Part shown: positions 30,082 to 41,011 of the stretch, piece after piece | How the letters are laid out: every line of letters begins with the position of its first letter | Numbering within the stretch: position 1 is the first letter of the stretch | NCBI GenBank assembly: GCA_003598025.1 | Contig: QZKH01000003.1 | Span: forward strand, 375,221-439,220 | Reading direction: 5' to 3' | DNA: 64,000 nt | From: Candidatus Omnitrophota bacterium | Lineage (GTDB): Bacteria; Omnitrophota; Gorgyraeia; Gygaellales; Profunditerraquicolaceae | Made by a program: the position numbers and the translations under genes | Notes under the pieces: model-generated | The model's input: the letters and a program-made list of their open reading frames with translations, nothing else | What the model was told of the DNA's origin: nothing | Database searches by the model: none

Positions 30082-31359
30082 TTATAATTTGTTGATTAAT
30101 AACCCGGATAAAAGCTTCGGATAAAAAAAAGTCGACTTAGCAGGCATCTTTTCTCCTTCCAGGGCGACTGACATTATTTGCTCTATTTTAACAGGATTTA
30201 AGAAAAAACCAATTGAAGTTTTATCTTTGGCAAGCTCATCCAGGAGTTCATCCTGATTATGATAATATGATATTCTCTCTGCTTCCTTAGAAGCAAAACC
30301 CAGGATCTTTTCAAAAACAAGGTGGTTCAACACAGAGACATCAAGAGTCCTGTAAACTTTAGGTTTGTCTGATATAAGTTTATCCAGTATTTTGACGTTC
30401 TTGAGCCTCATAAACCAGAAAGCCCCGTGAATGCAGGCTCCGATTGCATGTTCGTTTCTGGCGGCTTTCTCAAGAAGGTAAAAAAGCTGGGCTTTGTCTT
30501 TAATGGGTTCAACGGCGAAAAATTCCTTCAATTGTGTAATGAAATGCTCCGTATTGAAATTAGGCCCGACTATAACCCGCCTATGGATAGGGAGTATGGT
30601 CAAGCCAAGTGAATTTGCGCTGGTAAAATATGCCATCGTATAGTCAACCGGTTCATCATCGCTTAGTTTATCCGCATGCTTTTTTCTTACCATGTCCCTG
30701 TAAGCGCATGACACCTCATAACGATGATGACCATCTGCAATAAAAGTGTCTTCATGTGAAATAGCAGATTGTACAGAAGCAATAACGTCCGGTGAATCAA
30801 TGCGCCAGACCTTATGTTCTGTCCCTTCCTCATCTTTTAAGTCTATGAATGGGGCCTGTGTTGATATTGCCTGGTTAAAGATACGGGTTACAATCCTGTT
30901 TTTGTCCGGGAATACTATAAATATCGGGCTTAGGTTAGCCTTAACTGCGCTCATAAGCTTAAACCTGTCCTCTATTGCCTGGTGGCGGGTATGTTCGTGC
31001 TTAAAAACCTTGGAGCTGCCTTCTTCCAGGCGCAAGAGGGCGATAAACCCTAGCCTGATTTTACTTTCTCCTCTTAGCTTATACCGCTGGCTGTAAAAAT
31101 ATATCGCCGGAGATACATCCTGGCAAAACACAGCTTCTTTCACCCAGCTCTGAAAATATTCCTGGGCCTTCTTATATTTGTCTTCTTGTGGGGTATCCTT
31201 ACCCAGTAGTATATGGATAAGGTTATTTTTATGCTTTTGATGGAAATACTCCTGTTTCTCTTTTGATATGACATCGTAAGGCGGGCAGACAACTGATGCT
31301 ATATCTTTGATCTTATCTTTATTATAAACTAATGCCTTAAAAGGTTTTATCCGGGTCAT
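30082..31359 (-). CDS. DUF1015 family protein
   Basis: PPYDVI, HEHT, IADGHHRY, KSTFFYPK motifs. Confidence 0.85.
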   Translation of the reverse strand: MTRIKPFKALVYNKDKIKDIASVVCPPYDVISKEKQEYFHQKHKNNLIHILLGKDTPQEDKYKKAQEYFQSWVKEAVFCQDVSPAIYFYSQRYKLRGESKIRLGFIALLRLEEGSSKVFKHEHTRHQAIEDRFKLMSAVKANLSPIFIVFPDKNRIVTRIFNQAISTQAPFIDLKDEEGTEHKVWRIDSPDVIASVQSAISHEDTFIADGHHRYEVSCAYRDMVRKKHADKLSDDEPVDYTMAYFTSANSLGLTILPIHRRVIVGPNFNTEHFITQLKEFFAVEPIKDKAQLFYLLEKAARNEHAIGACIHGAFWFMRLKNVKILDKLISDKPKVYRTLDVSVLNHLVFEKILGFASKEAERISYYHNQDELLDELAKDKTSIGFFLNPVKIEQIMSVALEGEKMPAKSTFFYPKLLSGLLINKL

Positions 31360-31715
31360 TTATAAAATAAATTTGTGAGAAAAACGCCTATGCTGTCATT
31401 AACAACATCAATCAACGCAGGCTCTCTTCCTAAGACAAAAGACTGATGCCATTCGTCAAGTATAGCATAAAACAGGCAAAAAATGAATATCCATAGGAAC
31501 CTCTGCGTATAGCTTAAGTTAAAATAAGCTATAACCGCCCTGTTGACAAAAAACGCAAGCACCGCATATTCAATTATATGCAGAATAATATCCTGGTTCT
31601 CGAATAATTCCGGTACATCATCTCCCGGTATCGAAGAAAGGTAGGATATAAGGCCCGCGCATAAAATTACGGGAAGCCAATAAATAATAAACTTAAGCAG
31701 TTTATTATTTTCCAT
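31356..31715 (-). CDS. VanZ-like membrane protein
   Basis: HIIEYAVL and DEWHQSFVLGR motifs; start probably MENN at 31715. Confidence 0.85.
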   Translation of the reverse strand: MENNKLLKFIIYWLPVILCAGLISYLSSIPGDDVPELFENQDIILHIIEYAVLAFFVNRAVIAYFNLSYTQRFLWIFIFCLFYAILDEWHQSFVLGREPALIDVVNDSIGVFLTNLFYK

Positions 31716-31956
31716 GGCCGCAACCATCACAGCCCTCTTTTGATTTAGGGCAAACTGGCGAGCCGGAAGAACTGCTTTTTTTATAATCGGTGGCATAAAA
31801 ACCGGCCCCTTTAAAAATTATGCCAGAGCCTCCGCCGATCAACCTTTTTACTTTTTTACTGCACTTCGGACATCTATCCAACGGCTTATCATTTATTAAC
31901 TGGAATAGCTCAAAATGGTGTCCGCAGTTTGTACATTCATATTCATATGTAGGCAT
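31705..31956 (-). CDS. FmdB-family zinc-ribbon protein
   Basis: MPTYEYEC..CGH.FE, CPKC, FKGAGFYATDY. Confidence 0.88.
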   Translation of the reverse strand: MPTYEYECTNCGHHFELFQLINDKPLDRCPKCSKKVKRLIGGGSGIIFKGAGFYATDYKKSSSSGSPVCPKSKEGCDGCGHGK

Positions 31957-31974
31957 GCTTTACCTCATTTCTTT

Positions 31975-32048
31975 TAGTTCATGGTTCACGGTTCATGGTT
32001 CATAAAAAATACCAAGGCTATGAACAATGAACTATCAACTATGAACTA
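31975..32048. repeat. Inverted pair of tandem heptamer arrays
   Basis: About four TGGTTCA-like units facing about four ATGAACT-like units. Confidence 0.85.
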
Positions 32049-32050
32049 AT

Positions 32051-33199
32051 TTATCTAAACGTCTTCTTTATCTTTTCCGTAAAGCTTTCCTTGTTTATTT
32101 CTTCGCCGGAAAGCCTGGCAAATTCTTCTATCAGCCTTCTCTGCTCGCTGGTCAATTCAGATGGAATCAGCACATTTACCCTAACCAGCTCATCGCCTAT
32201 ACCCCTGCCATGCAAATCTGCAATCCCTTTAGCCCTCAACCTGAACACCTTGCCGGCTTGAGTACCTGCAGGTATCTTCATCTTAACTTTGCCTAATAAA
32301 GTTGGCACCTCTATTTCAGAACCTAAAATAGCTTTAGATAAGCTTATATCCTTTTCGGTTAATATATCATTGCCGTGCCTCTGGAATAACGGATGAGGTT
32401 CAACCTCAATTACAACATACAAGTCGCCCTTGGCAGACGTGCCGGCTTCGCCTTCTCCTCTTACCCTCAACTGAGAGCCTGTATCGACGCCGGGAGGTAT
32501 TTTGACCTTTATTTTGCGGGTAACTTTGGTCTTACCCTGGCCGTTACAAACCGGGCAAGGACTCTGGATTATTGTGCCTTCTCCACCGCACTTTGAGCAA
32601 GTTTGTGTAAGTTGAAAAAAACCGTTGGAAACAACCATTCTCCCGGTACCCCGGCATTGGGAACAAGTTGTTTTCTTAGAACCGGGCTTAGCCCCTGTCC
32701 CGGAACAATTTGAACATATCTCATATCGCGGGACAGTTACTGTTTTTTCAGTACCCATTGCTGCCTCTTCAAGCCTTATACTTACGGCAATTTGCAGGTC
32801 GCGCCCGCGTCTGCCTCCGCGGCGGCCAGGCTTGCCCCCGAGATCAAAGCCAAGGTCGCCGAATATTTCATCGAACAATCCTCCGCCAAAACCAAAATCG
32901 GACAAATCGCTGAATACCGAGCTAAAATCTGCTCCTTTGAAAATATCTTCGTAAGCATACTTCTGGTCAATGCCTGAATGGCCATACTGGTCATAGAGCC
33001 CCCTCTTCTGGGGATCGGAAAGGACAGCGTAAGCCTCTGATATTTCTTTAAATTTCTCTTCTGCTTCCTTCTTCTGCTCATGCGGCACCCTGTCAGGATG
33101 AAATTGCAAAGCAAGCTGCCTATAGGCTTTCTTTATTTCATCTAAAGAAGCGCTTTTATTTACCCCTAATATTTCGTAATAGTCGCGTTTAGTGGACAT
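32051..33199 (-). CDS. dnaJ: Chaperone DnaJ
   Basis: J-domain with HPD, four CxxCxGxG repeats; start probably MSTKRDYY at 33199. Confidence 0.97.
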   Translation of the reverse strand: MSTKRDYYEILGVNKSASLDEIKKAYRQLALQFHPDRVPHEQKKEAEEKFKEISEAYAVLSDPQKRGLYDQYGHSGIDQKYAYEDIFKGADFSSVFSDLSDFGFGGGLFDEIFGDLGFDLGGKPGRRGGRRGRDLQIAVSIRLEEAAMGTEKTVTVPRYEICSNCSGTGAKPGSKKTTCSQCRGTGRMVVSNGFFQLTQTCSKCGGEGTIIQSPCPVCNGQGKTKVTRKIKVKIPPGVDTGSQLRVRGEGEAGTSAKGDLYVVIEVEPHPLFQRHGNDILTEKDISLSKAILGSEIEVPTLLGKVKMKIPAGTQAGKVFRLRAKGIADLHGRGIGDELVRVNVLIPSELTSEQRRLIEEFARLSGEEINKESFTEKIKKTFR

Positions 33200-33203
33200 A
33201 TAT

Positions 33204-33278
33204 TGGTTCATTGATCATGGTTCATGGATCATGGTCCATGGATATCTCTATGAACTATGAACCATGAACTATGAACTA
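33204..33278. repeat. Inverted pair of tandem heptamer arrays
   Basis: TGGTTCA TTGATCA TGGTTCA TGGATCA TGGTCCA followed by CTATGAA CTATGAA CCATGAA CTATGAA. Confidence 0.88.
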
Positions 33279-33279
33279 T

Positions 33280-35157
33280 TTATTTCTTATCATCTTCCTC
33301 TTTATATTCTGCGTCGATAACGTCGTCCTTCTTATCCTCGGGCTTTTCTTGTGTCCTTGTGTCCTTGTGTCCTTGTGACTCTTTGCTTTCTTTTTGCTGT
33401 TTTTCCGCTGCCTGCTTATAAATTTCTTCTGCAAGCTTATGGGACGACTTAGTCAGCTCCTCCATGCCCTTTTTGATCCTATCGACGTTTTTATCCTTAA
33501 TAGCCTGTTTTAAATCATTGGTCTTAGCTTCTATATCAGCCCTTTCAGCCTGGCTTACTTTATCGCCGAACTCTTTCAGAGATTTTTCAGTTGAATAAAC
33601 CAGCGTATCAGCCTGGTTTATAACCTCTATTTCTTCTTTTTTCTTTGAGTCTTCAGCCGCGAATTTTTCAGCATCCTTGACCATCTTTTCAATTTCTTCT
33701 TTAGATAACTTCTTAGGCGCGGTTATCCTTATGGATTGCTCTTTGCCCGTACCTAAATCTTTGGCTGAAACATGCACGATACCGTTGGCATCGATATCAA
33801 AAGCGACCTCTATCTGCGGTACGCCTCTGGGCGCAGCCGGTATGCCTACAAGGTCAAACCTGCCCAGCTCCACGTTGTCATTTGCCATAGAGCGCTCGCC
33901 CTGGAGAACGCGGATAGTTACTGCAGTCTGGTTATCGGCCGCGGTAGAAAAAACCTGGCTCTTTTTCGTAGGAATGGTCGTATTGCGCTCGATTAATTTT
34001 GTATTTACTCCGCCTAATGTTTCAATGCCAAGAGACAAAGGAGTAACATCAAGCAGAAGCACATCCTTCATGTCCCCTTTGATTATTGCTGCCTGAATTG
34101 CTGCGCCTAAAGCCACGCACTCCATAGGGTCAACTCCGCGCTCAATCTTCTTGCCTACGTAGTCCTCGACAAATTTTTGCACTATCGGCATCCTTGTCGG
34201 GCCGCCTACCATTATGATCTTGTCAATATCTGCGGATTTAAGCCTTGCATCTGCAAGCGCCTGTTCCATAGGGTGTTTGCATTTTTCAATTATGGGAGAT
34301 ACCAATTCCTCCAGCTTTGCGCGCGTAATCGACATAGTAAGGTGCTTAGGACCGGTTGCGTCGGCGGTAATAAAAGGCAGATTTATATCTGTGGTAAGAG
34401 TAGAGGACAACTCCACCTTTGCCTTTTCAGCTGCCTCACGCAGCCTTTGCGTTGCCATCTTATCGTTATGCAGGTCAATGCCTGTTTCTCTTTTGAACTG
34501 ATTTACTATATAATCAATCAGGATATTATCCATATCGGTACCGCCAAGCTGGGTATCTCCGGAAGTTGATTTTACCTCAAATACACCCTGGGCCATCTCC
34601 ATTATCGTAACGTCCAGTGTCCCGCCGCCAAGATCAAAGACCATTATCTTCTGTTCCTTATGCGACTTCTCCAGGCCATAAGCCAGGCATGCGGCAGTGG
34701 GCTCATTGATAATCCTCAAAACTTTCAAGCCGGCAATTTCACCTGCATCCTTGGTTGCGGTCCTCTGGTTATCATCAAAATATGCGGGGCACGTAATAAC
34801 AACTTCTTCTACTTTATCTCCCAGGTAAGCCTCGGCATCCTGCTTTATTTTCTGGAGGATGAACGCAGATATTTGTTGTGGCGTATATTCCTTGCCATGG
34901 GCTTTAAACTTATAGTCCGTACCCATTTTACGCTTAGCAGCATGAATCGTGCCTTCAGGATTAATCGCAGCTTGCCTTCTTGCGGGTTCCCCGACCAACC
35001 GCTGGCTATCTTTCGTAAAAGCTACAAACGAAGGGAAGGCTTTACCGCTTGCGACACCTGCGCCTTCAGCAGAAGGTATAATCACAGGCCTGCCGCCCTC
35101 CATAACTGCTGCTGCAGAATTTGATGTACCTAAATCAATACCTATAACTTTTGCCAT
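33280..35157 (-). CDS. dnaK: Chaperone DnaK
   Basis: [33 protein letters not shown]. Confidence 0.98.
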   Translation of the reverse strand: MAKVIGIDLGTSNSAAAVMEGGRPVIIPSAEGAGVASGKAFPSFVAFTKDSQRLVGEPARRQAAINPEGTIHAAKRKMGTDYKFKAHGKEYTPQQISAFILQKIKQDAEAYLGDKVEEVVITCPAYFDDNQRTATKDAGEIAGLKVLRIINEPTAACLAYGLEKSHKEQKIMVFDLGGGTLDVTIMEMAQGVFEVKSTSGDTQLGGTDMDNILIDYIVNQFKRETGIDLHNDKMATQRLREAAEKAKVELSSTLTTDINLPFITADATGPKHLTMSITRAKLEELVSPIIEKCKHPMEQALADARLKSADIDKIIMVGGPTRMPIVQKFVEDYVGKKIERGVDPMECVALGAAIQAAIIKGDMKDVLLLDVTPLSLGIETLGGVNTKLIERNTTIPTKKSQVFSTAADNQTAVTIRVLQGERSMANDNVELGRFDLVGIPAAPRGVPQIEVAFDIDANGIVHVSAKDLGTGKEQSIRITAPKKLSKEEIEKMVKDAEKFAAEDSKKKEEIEVINQADTLVYSTEKSLKEFGDKVSQAERADIEAKTNDLKQAIKDKNVDRIKKGMEELTKSSHKLAEEIYKQAAEKQQKESKESQGHKDTRTQEKPEDKKDDVIDAEYKEEDDKK

Positions 35158-35179
35158 ATCTCTACCTCCTCTATTATTT

Positions 35180-35246
35180 TAGTCAATGGTCGACAGTCCA
35201 TAATCAACAATCATGCCTGTGAACCGTGGTCCGTGGACTGTGGACA
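35180..35246. repeat. Degenerate inverted heptamer arrays overlapping the grpE 3' end
   Basis: TAGTCAA TGGTCGA CAGTCCA TAATCAA facing CTGTGAA CCGTGGT CCGTGGA CTGTGGA. Confidence 0.65.
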
Positions 35247-35774
35247 TTTTTTTGATACCTTAACCTTGCTCGTCCTTACGACCCTGTCATTAAGCAAATA
35301 ACCTTTTTGTAATTCCTCTACAATAGTATGCTCCGGTAAATCATCACATTGTTCTTCCATCAAAGCTTCATGAAAACTGGGGTCAAATTTCTTGTTCTTT
35401 GCTTCAATAGGCTTTACCCCGTGCTCTTTAAGCATTTCGTAGAGATGGGCTAAAATCATCTCTACGCCTTTTAAAAACGCCGATAAATCCTGATGCTTGC
35501 TTTGAGCCAGTTCAACTGTACGCTCAAGGTCATCAAGCACATTCAATAATTCCATTACAATTCTTTCATTGGCAAACTTTATAAATTCCTGTTTGTCTCG
35601 TTCCAGGCGTTTCTTAGTATTTTCAAATTCAGCCTGCATCCTCAAAATCCTGTCCCAATGGTCTTCAGCTTTAGCTGCCGCCTCTTTAAGCTTAAGGTAC
35701 TCAGCCTCGCTGATTGTGACTGTCTTATCCTGTGATACAAGTTCTTCTTTTTTTTCTTTGTTATTCTTTTCCAT
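35211..35774 (-). CDS. grpE: Nucleotide exchange factor GrpE
   Basis: AEFENTKKR, FDPSFHEA, QKGYLLNDRVVR. Confidence 0.95.
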   Translation of the reverse strand: MEKNNKEKKEELVSQDKTVTISEAEYLKLKEAAAKAEDHWDRILRMQAEFENTKKRLERDKQEFIKFANERIVMELLNVLDDLERTVELAQSKHQDLSAFLKGVEMILAHLYEMLKEHGVKPIEAKNKKFDPSFHEALMEEQCDDLPEHTIVEELQKGYLLNDRVVRTSKVKVSKKCPQSTDHGSQA

Positions 35775-35776
35775 GT

Positions 35777-36514
35777 CTAAAATTTGTTTAAAACATCATC
35801 TAAAACTTCTGATATATACTCAAGAGCAGGTATAATATGTTCGTATTCCATGCGCGAGGGGCCTATTACCGCCACCCTGCCTTTATGTTTTTTCTTATTC
35901 CCGTAGGTAGAGACAACTATCGAGCAATGGCTCATCTCAGGGCATTGAAGCTCCTCGCCTATATAAACTTTTACCTTGTTGTCAAAATCCCGGTTGATTA
36001 TCTCAAGTAGTTTTTGTTTTTCCTCGATCAATCTGATCAAAGCCTTAAGCTTGACTGCGTCCTGGAACTCGGGCTGTTCCAATATATGGCTTATGCCTTT
36101 ATAGAATATCTTATCGTGCCAATCCAGGAAGGAAACTATCCCCGTATATTTGGTTATCTTGGATATTATCTCCGAAGTATTCTCAAGTACGTCTTCAAGC
36201 TGATTGATCTTACTGCTGCAGTCTTTTACAATACGCTCTTTTTCATCATCCAGCAATTCCATCTGCGATATAAGGAAATCAACATAATACCTGTATCCCT
36301 TATTTGTAGGAAGGCGGCCTCCTGAGGTATAAGGGTGAGTAAGATATCCTTCATTCTCAAGCTCACAGAGTATATTCCTTATTGTTGCCGAACTTAAGCT
36401 GAATTCTTCCGCCAGGTCATCTGAAGCAACTGGAGAAGCATCTTTAATATATTTGTTAATAGCCAGAGATAAGACTGCTTTTCTTCTGCTATTATAATCA
36501 ACTGTTCTTACCAT
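35777..36514 (-). CDS. hrcA: Heat-inducible transcription repressor HrcA (short form)
   Basis: SSATIRN, HPYTSGGRLPTNKGYRYYVD, IGPSRMEY; CIRCE box upstream. Confidence 0.92.
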   Translation of the reverse strand: MVRTVDYNSRRKAVLSLAINKYIKDASPVASDDLAEEFSLSSATIRNILCELENEGYLTHPYTSGGRLPTNKGYRYYVDFLISQMELLDDEKERIVKDCSSKINQLEDVLENTSEIISKITKYTGIVSFLDWHDKIFYKGISHILEQPEFQDAVKLKALIRLIEEKQKLLEIINRDFDNKVKVYIGEELQCPEMSHCSIVVSTYGNKKKHKGRVAVIGPSRMEYEHIIPALEYISEVLDDVLNKF

Positions 36515-36535
36515 AAAAACCTCGCTTTTTCTAAA

Positions 36536-36562
36536 TTAGCACTTTACCCCTTAGAATGCTAA
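36536..36562. promoter_or_regulatory. CIRCE element upstream of hrcA
   Basis: TTAGCACTT-N9-GAATGCTAA versus consensus TTAGCACTC-N9-GAGTGCTAA; TTGACA...TGnTAAAAT promoter at 36569-36596 on the minus strand. Confidence 0.9.
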
Positions 36563-36635
36563 ATAGAAATTTTAACACAAAATCGATGTTTGTCAACAAG
36601 GCATTTAACCTTATATTACTAAAAAAGTTAACTTA

Positions 36636-39251
36636 TTAGCCTATATCAAAAACAAGGGCTTCCTTGTCGGCATTTACCAACACTTTGCTGCCGGATTTCA
36701 AAGAACCATCCAGTATCTTCATTGAAAGCGGATCCTGTACGTATTTCTGAATCGCCCTTTTAAGGGGCCTGGCTCCGAAATTACTGTCAAAACCTTTTCC
36801 CGAAAGAAAGGCTTTTGCCTTTGCCGATACCTTTAATTCAATGCCAAGCTGGCTGAGCTTATTCTTAACGGGCAGCAATTCAATATCAACGATCTCTTCA
36901 ACAGATTCTTTAGATAAAGGATTAAAGACTATTATATCGTCAATCCTGTTTATGAATTCCGGGCGGAAATACCCTTTTACCTGATCAAGGAGCTTTTCTT
37001 TCATATCGGCGAAGCTATCCTTCTGTAGCTTGTTAGGCTTAAATCCAAGGCTTGCCTGCTGCTGTATCAGCTCCTGGCCTATATTAGAAGTCATGATTAT
37101 CACTGTGTTCTTAAAATTAACCGTCCTGCCCTGGCCGTCAGTAAGCCTGCCGTCATCAAGTATCTGCAATAACACATTGAATATTTCCGGATGCGCTTTT
37201 TCTATCTCATCAAGCAATATGACTGAATACGGCCTTCTTCTTACTTTCTCGGTAAGCTGCCCGCCTTCCTCATAGCCTACATACCCTGGAGGGGCGCCGA
37301 TCAACCTGGAAACACTGAACTTCTCCATGTATTCAGACATGTCTATTCTCAAAATAGCATTTTCGTCATCAAATAAAAACCATGCAAGTGTTTTGGCTAA
37401 TTTGGTCTTGCCTACTCCTGTCGGGCCCAAGAATATAAACGAACCCATCGGTCTTGCCTCATCGGAGAGTCCGGACCTGGAGCGCCGTATACAGCTTGAA
37501 ATTATGCTGACAGCTTCATCCTGGCCGATTACCTTGCTCTTTAAGCGCTCTTCCATCTTAAGAAGCTTCTGGGTATCGGCTTCCATAAGCTTAGTTAAAG
37601 GCAGGCCTGTCCACTCCGCGACAATCTCAGCGATATCTTCATCATTGACTTCCTGGCGCAGCATCCCTAAACCACTCTCAAGCCTGGAAAACTCTTGGTT
37701 ATATTTATTAAGCTCAATATCTAATTCTCTTAATTTTCCGTATTTGATCTCCGCAACCTTACCCAGGTCTCCCGACTGTTCAGCTGCCTGCGCCTGGTTT
37801 TTCAATTCTTCGATATTCTCCTTGATAGTTTTGATTTTTAATATTATGCTTTTTTCTTTCTCCCATTGCTTCTTCTTCGTTGACAATTCCTTATTCAGAT
37901 TTTCAAGCTCCGCATCTATCTTCTTAAGCCTTTCTACGGCAGGCTGGTCTTTATCTTTTTTTAATGCCTGCTTCTCTACCTCAAGCTGGACGATCCTTCT
38001 TTGCACAAATTCAATCTCGGCAGGCATGCTGTCTATCTCAATGCGTAAACGTGAAGCCGCCTCATCGATCAAATCTATCGCTTTATCAGGAAGATGCCTT
38101 TCCGTAAGGTAGCGGTGCGATAGCATCGCAGCGGCGATAATCGCAGAATCTTTGATACGCACGCCATGGTGTATCTCATATTTTTCTTTCAGGCCGCGTA
38201 AAATAGCGATGGTATCCTCAATACCGGGTTCATTAACATAAACCTGCTGGAACCTTCGCTCTAAAGCCCTGTCTTTCTCTATATATTTCCTATATTCATC
38301 CAAAGTAGTAGCTCCGATACAGCGCAATTGCCCGCGTGCAAGCAAAGGCTTAAGCATATTAGAGGCATCAATAGCGCCCTCTGCGGCTCCGGCTCCGACT
38401 ATAGTGTGAAGTTCATCGATGAATAAAATTATCTGCCCGTTTTTATTTTGTATCTCACGCAATACGGCTTTAAGCCTGTTCTCAAATTCCCCTCTGAATT
38501 TCGTCCCGGCGACCAAGCTACCCATGTCCAACGCTATTATCTTTTTATCTTTTAAGCCCTCAGGCACATCTTTAGAAATTATCCTTTGGGCAAGCCCTTC
38601 AACTATCGCAGTCTTACCGACACCTGCTTCGCCTATCAATACGGGGTTATTCTTGGTCCGCCGCGATAACACCTGGATTAAGCGCCTGATTTCTTTATCC
38701 CTGCCGATAACCGGATCAAGTTTCATACGCGCGGCTAATTCAGTAATGTCCTGGCCGTATTTTTTTAAAGCGTTGAATTTCTCTTCCGGGTTCTCGTCAG
38801 TTATCCTGTGGCTGCCGCGTAACTCTGCAAGCGATGCTAAAACCTTTTCTTTATCAATCCCGTTATTCTTCAGTTCCCTTAAAATCAATGATTCATTATC
38901 TGATAGCGAAGCCAGAAGCACATGCTCGGCTGAAATGAATTCATCCTTAAGCCCGGCCGCCTCTTTTGCCGCCTGAGCAAACAGTTTATTTGTGCGCCCT
39001 GAAAAGTAAACCTGCGAGCCCTGGCCGCTTACGGCAGGTTTATTATGCAAATATTCCTCCAGCTTTTTTATGAGGCCTGCAATAGAAACACCGAGTTTAT
39101 CAAGGGTGTCAGCAAAGATAGATTCTTCCTGTTTAATAAGGATATACTCCAGATGTTCAGGGTCTATTTGTTGATGGCCTGATTCAGTAGCAAAACTTAT
39201 TGCTTCTTGTAAAGCTTCCTGCATTTTCGCTGTAAGTTTATCCAATCTCAT
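36636..39251 (-). CDS. clpB: ATP-dependent chaperone ClpB
   Basis: Two AAA+ modules ([16 protein letters not shown]) and a long coiled-coil middle domain. Confidence 0.96.
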   Translation of the reverse strand: MRLDKLTAKMQEALQEAISFATESGHQQIDPEHLEYILIKQEESIFADTLDKLGVSIAGLIKKLEEYLHNKPAVSGQGSQVYFSGRTNKLFAQAAKEAAGLKDEFISAEHVLLASLSDNESLILRELKNNGIDKEKVLASLAELRGSHRITDENPEEKFNALKKYGQDITELAARMKLDPVIGRDKEIRRLIQVLSRRTKNNPVLIGEAGVGKTAIVEGLAQRIISKDVPEGLKDKKIIALDMGSLVAGTKFRGEFENRLKAVLREIQNKNGQIILFIDELHTIVGAGAAEGAIDASNMLKPLLARGQLRCIGATTLDEYRKYIEKDRALERRFQQVYVNEPGIEDTIAILRGLKEKYEIHHGVRIKDSAIIAAAMLSHRYLTERHLPDKAIDLIDEAASRLRIEIDSMPAEIEFVQRRIVQLEVEKQALKKDKDQPAVERLKKIDAELENLNKELSTKKKQWEKEKSIILKIKTIKENIEELKNQAQAAEQSGDLGKVAEIKYGKLRELDIELNKYNQEFSRLESGLGMLRQEVNDEDIAEIVAEWTGLPLTKLMEADTQKLLKMEERLKSKVIGQDEAVSIISSCIRRSRSGLSDEARPMGSFIFLGPTGVGKTKLAKTLAWFLFDDENAILRIDMSEYMEKFSVSRLIGAPPGYVGYEEGGQLTEKVRRRPYSVILLDEIEKAHPEIFNVLLQILDDGRLTDGQGRTVNFKNTVIIMTSNIGQELIQQQASLGFKPNKLQKDSFADMKEKLLDQVKGYFRPEFINRIDDIIVFNPLSKESVEEIVDIELLPVKNKLSQLGIELKVSAKAKAFLSGKGFDSNFGARPLKRAIQKYVQDPLSMKILDGSLKSGSKVLVNADKEALVFDIG

Positions 39252-39292
39252 ATTAATCTCCTTAAAATTTGTCTTAATTTTAATTTCTCAAA

Positions 39293-39319
39293 TTAGCAAT
39301 CCATCTTAAAGAGTGCTAA
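39293..39319. promoter_or_regulatory. CIRCE element upstream of clpB
   Basis: TTAGCAATC-N9-GAGTGCTAA. Confidence 0.92.
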
Positions 39320-39340
39320 TCATAAAACAAAAAAATTTAA

Positions 39341-39601
39341 TTATTTGCCTTCAACCTCAAGGATTAACTTTATACCATGAATATTAACATGCTTTTCTTG
39401 CATCAGATAATGTATGTATTCCAGCTTTTTTATGTCTTTCAAAGAATATAGCCTGCTTTTTTTACCTATACGCTTAGGTTTAAGCACTCCGCTTTTATCC
39501 AGTTGCCGTAAAGTCCAGATAGGTATATCTACCAGCCTGCTTACCACGCTAATGACATAGACCGGCTCGTCAGGGCTAATGTAAATATCAAACATCGGCA
39601 T
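39341..39601 (-). CDS. MerR-family regulator, HspR-like
   Basis: DEPVYVISVVSRLV...TLRQ...RLYS; directly upstream of clpB. Confidence 0.8.
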   Translation of the reverse strand: MPMFDIYISPDEPVYVISVVSRLVDIPIWTLRQLDKSGVLKPKRIGKKSRLYSLKDIKKLEYIHYLMQEKHVNIHGIKLILEVEGK

Positions 39602-39626
39602 TTCTGCCTCCTTTTTATCTTATAGA

Positions 39627-39689
39627 AGTATATCATAACATAATTATCTTGTCAAGATAATATTATTTTTTTTGTTAGATAATCTAACA
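39627..39689 (-). promoter_or_regulatory. sigma70 promoter with two palindromic candidate operators
   Basis: TTGACA-17 bp-TATACT; ATTATCTTG-T-CAAGATAAT (39643-39661) spans the -35 box; TGTTAGAT-A-ATCTAACA at 39673-39689. Confidence 0.72.
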
Positions 39690-39742
39690 GTTACATAACA
39701 TATTTACTAACAATTAGTTATAGCGCAGATTACTGTTGGTTA

Positions 39743-41008
39743 CTACTCTAACCACTTTATTTCTTTTATATTTAGCAGGTTTTGATATACATTTTTAGGA
39801 AGGCTGGCTTTGATTTTTATGCTGTCTTGCAGGTATTTAATCTCTTCTATCCTGGCTTGGCGATACAGAAGGTTTACCAGATCCATGCGCGTTAGAGGAA
39901 GCTTGAATTCTTTTGATATGTTATGGTTAACGAACATTGAAGTTATTTTTTCAAACAAAACATCAAAATTCTTCCCGTTCTTTGCCGAGATACAAACACT
40001 GTTGGCAAATGTTTTCTTCATCTTCTCCAGGTATTCATTGTCCTCTACCAGGTCTATCTTATTAAGCGCAGTAATCATCGGTTTATCTTTAGCGCCCAAT
40101 TCATCCAGGACTTTAAACACAGCCTCGGCTCTCTTCTCTGCCATAGACTGGCTTATATCCAAGACATGGATCAATATGTCCGCATATACAACCTCTTCAA
40201 GCGTGGCTTTAAATGCTTCAATTAAATGATGCGGTAATTCGCTTAAAAAACCTACAGTATCCGAAATAACAATTTTCTCATTATTCGGCAAGGTAAAGGA
40301 TTTTGTTAATGGGTCAAGGGTAGTAAACAGGCTATTGCTCACTATTTGCGAAGATTTAGTTATGGTATTAAGAAGAGTGGACTTGCCGGCATTCGTGTAG
40401 CCTACAAGAGCTATTTGAGGTATAGAATTGTCTTTCCTTTTTTTTCTTATTGTCTGGCGGTGCATTTCCAGGTGCTTAAGTTCATGCTTAAGGCGTATAA
40501 TTCTTTCTCTAATACGCCTGCGGTCAATTTCAAGCTTCTGCTCTCCCGGCCCGCTGGTCCCCACCCCGCCTCCGAGCCTGGATAATACAAGCCCTTTGCC
40601 GATAAGCCGTGGCAAAAGATATTCGCTTTGGGCTAACTCCACCTGCATCTTTCCTTCGGGGCTCCTGGCGTGCTTTGCGAATATATCAAGAATAAGCTGA
40701 GTCCTGTCTATTGTCTTCTTGCCTATTATATCTTCGAGGTTACGCTGCTGTATCCCGGATAAATCATGGCTGAAGATAACGACATCGATTTTCTCTTCCT
40801 GGCATATCAGGGCGATCTCTTCAGTCTTTCCTTTTCCTATCAATAAATTCGGCGTGGGCTTATCGCACACACAGCTTATATTATCCACGATCTCTACCCC
40901 GCAGGAAGCAACCAGGTCTTCAAGTTCACAGGCAATCTCGTCAATAGACCAGGTATTTCTCTGAGATTTAAATCTTATAGTTACAAGTAATGCTCTTTCC
41001 ATAATCAA
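39743..41008 (-). CDS. hflX: GTPase HflX
   Basis: DRTQLILDIFA, GPGEQKLE, GYTNAGKST, DTVGF, NKID. Confidence 0.96.
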   Translation of the reverse strand: MIMERALLVTIRFKSQRNTWSIDEIACELEDLVASCGVEIVDNISCVCDKPTPNLLIGKGKTEEIALICQEEKIDVVIFSHDLSGIQQRNLEDIIGKKTIDRTQLILDIFAKHARSPEGKMQVELAQSEYLLPRLIGKGLVLSRLGGGVGTSGPGEQKLEIDRRRIRERIIRLKHELKHLEMHRQTIRKKRKDNSIPQIALVGYTNAGKSTLLNTITKSSQIVSNSLFTTLDPLTKSFTLPNNEKIVISDTVGFLSELPHHLIEAFKATLEEVVYADILIHVLDISQSMAEKRAEAVFKVLDELGAKDKPMITALNKIDLVEDNEYLEKMKKTFANSVCISAKNGKNFDVLFEKITSMFVNHNISKEFKLPLTRMDLVNLLYRQARIEEIKYLQDSIKIKASLPKNVYQNLLNIKEIKWLE

Positions 41009-41011
41009 GTG

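Noticed and set aside
148-40964. Many plus-strand ORFs in the track (e.g. 148-744, 1453-1986, 14916-15461, 37327-38112, 38419-38976)
   Set aside because: They are antisense shadows of well-supported minus-strand genes, Ser/Ile/Leu-rich and without recognisable motifs.
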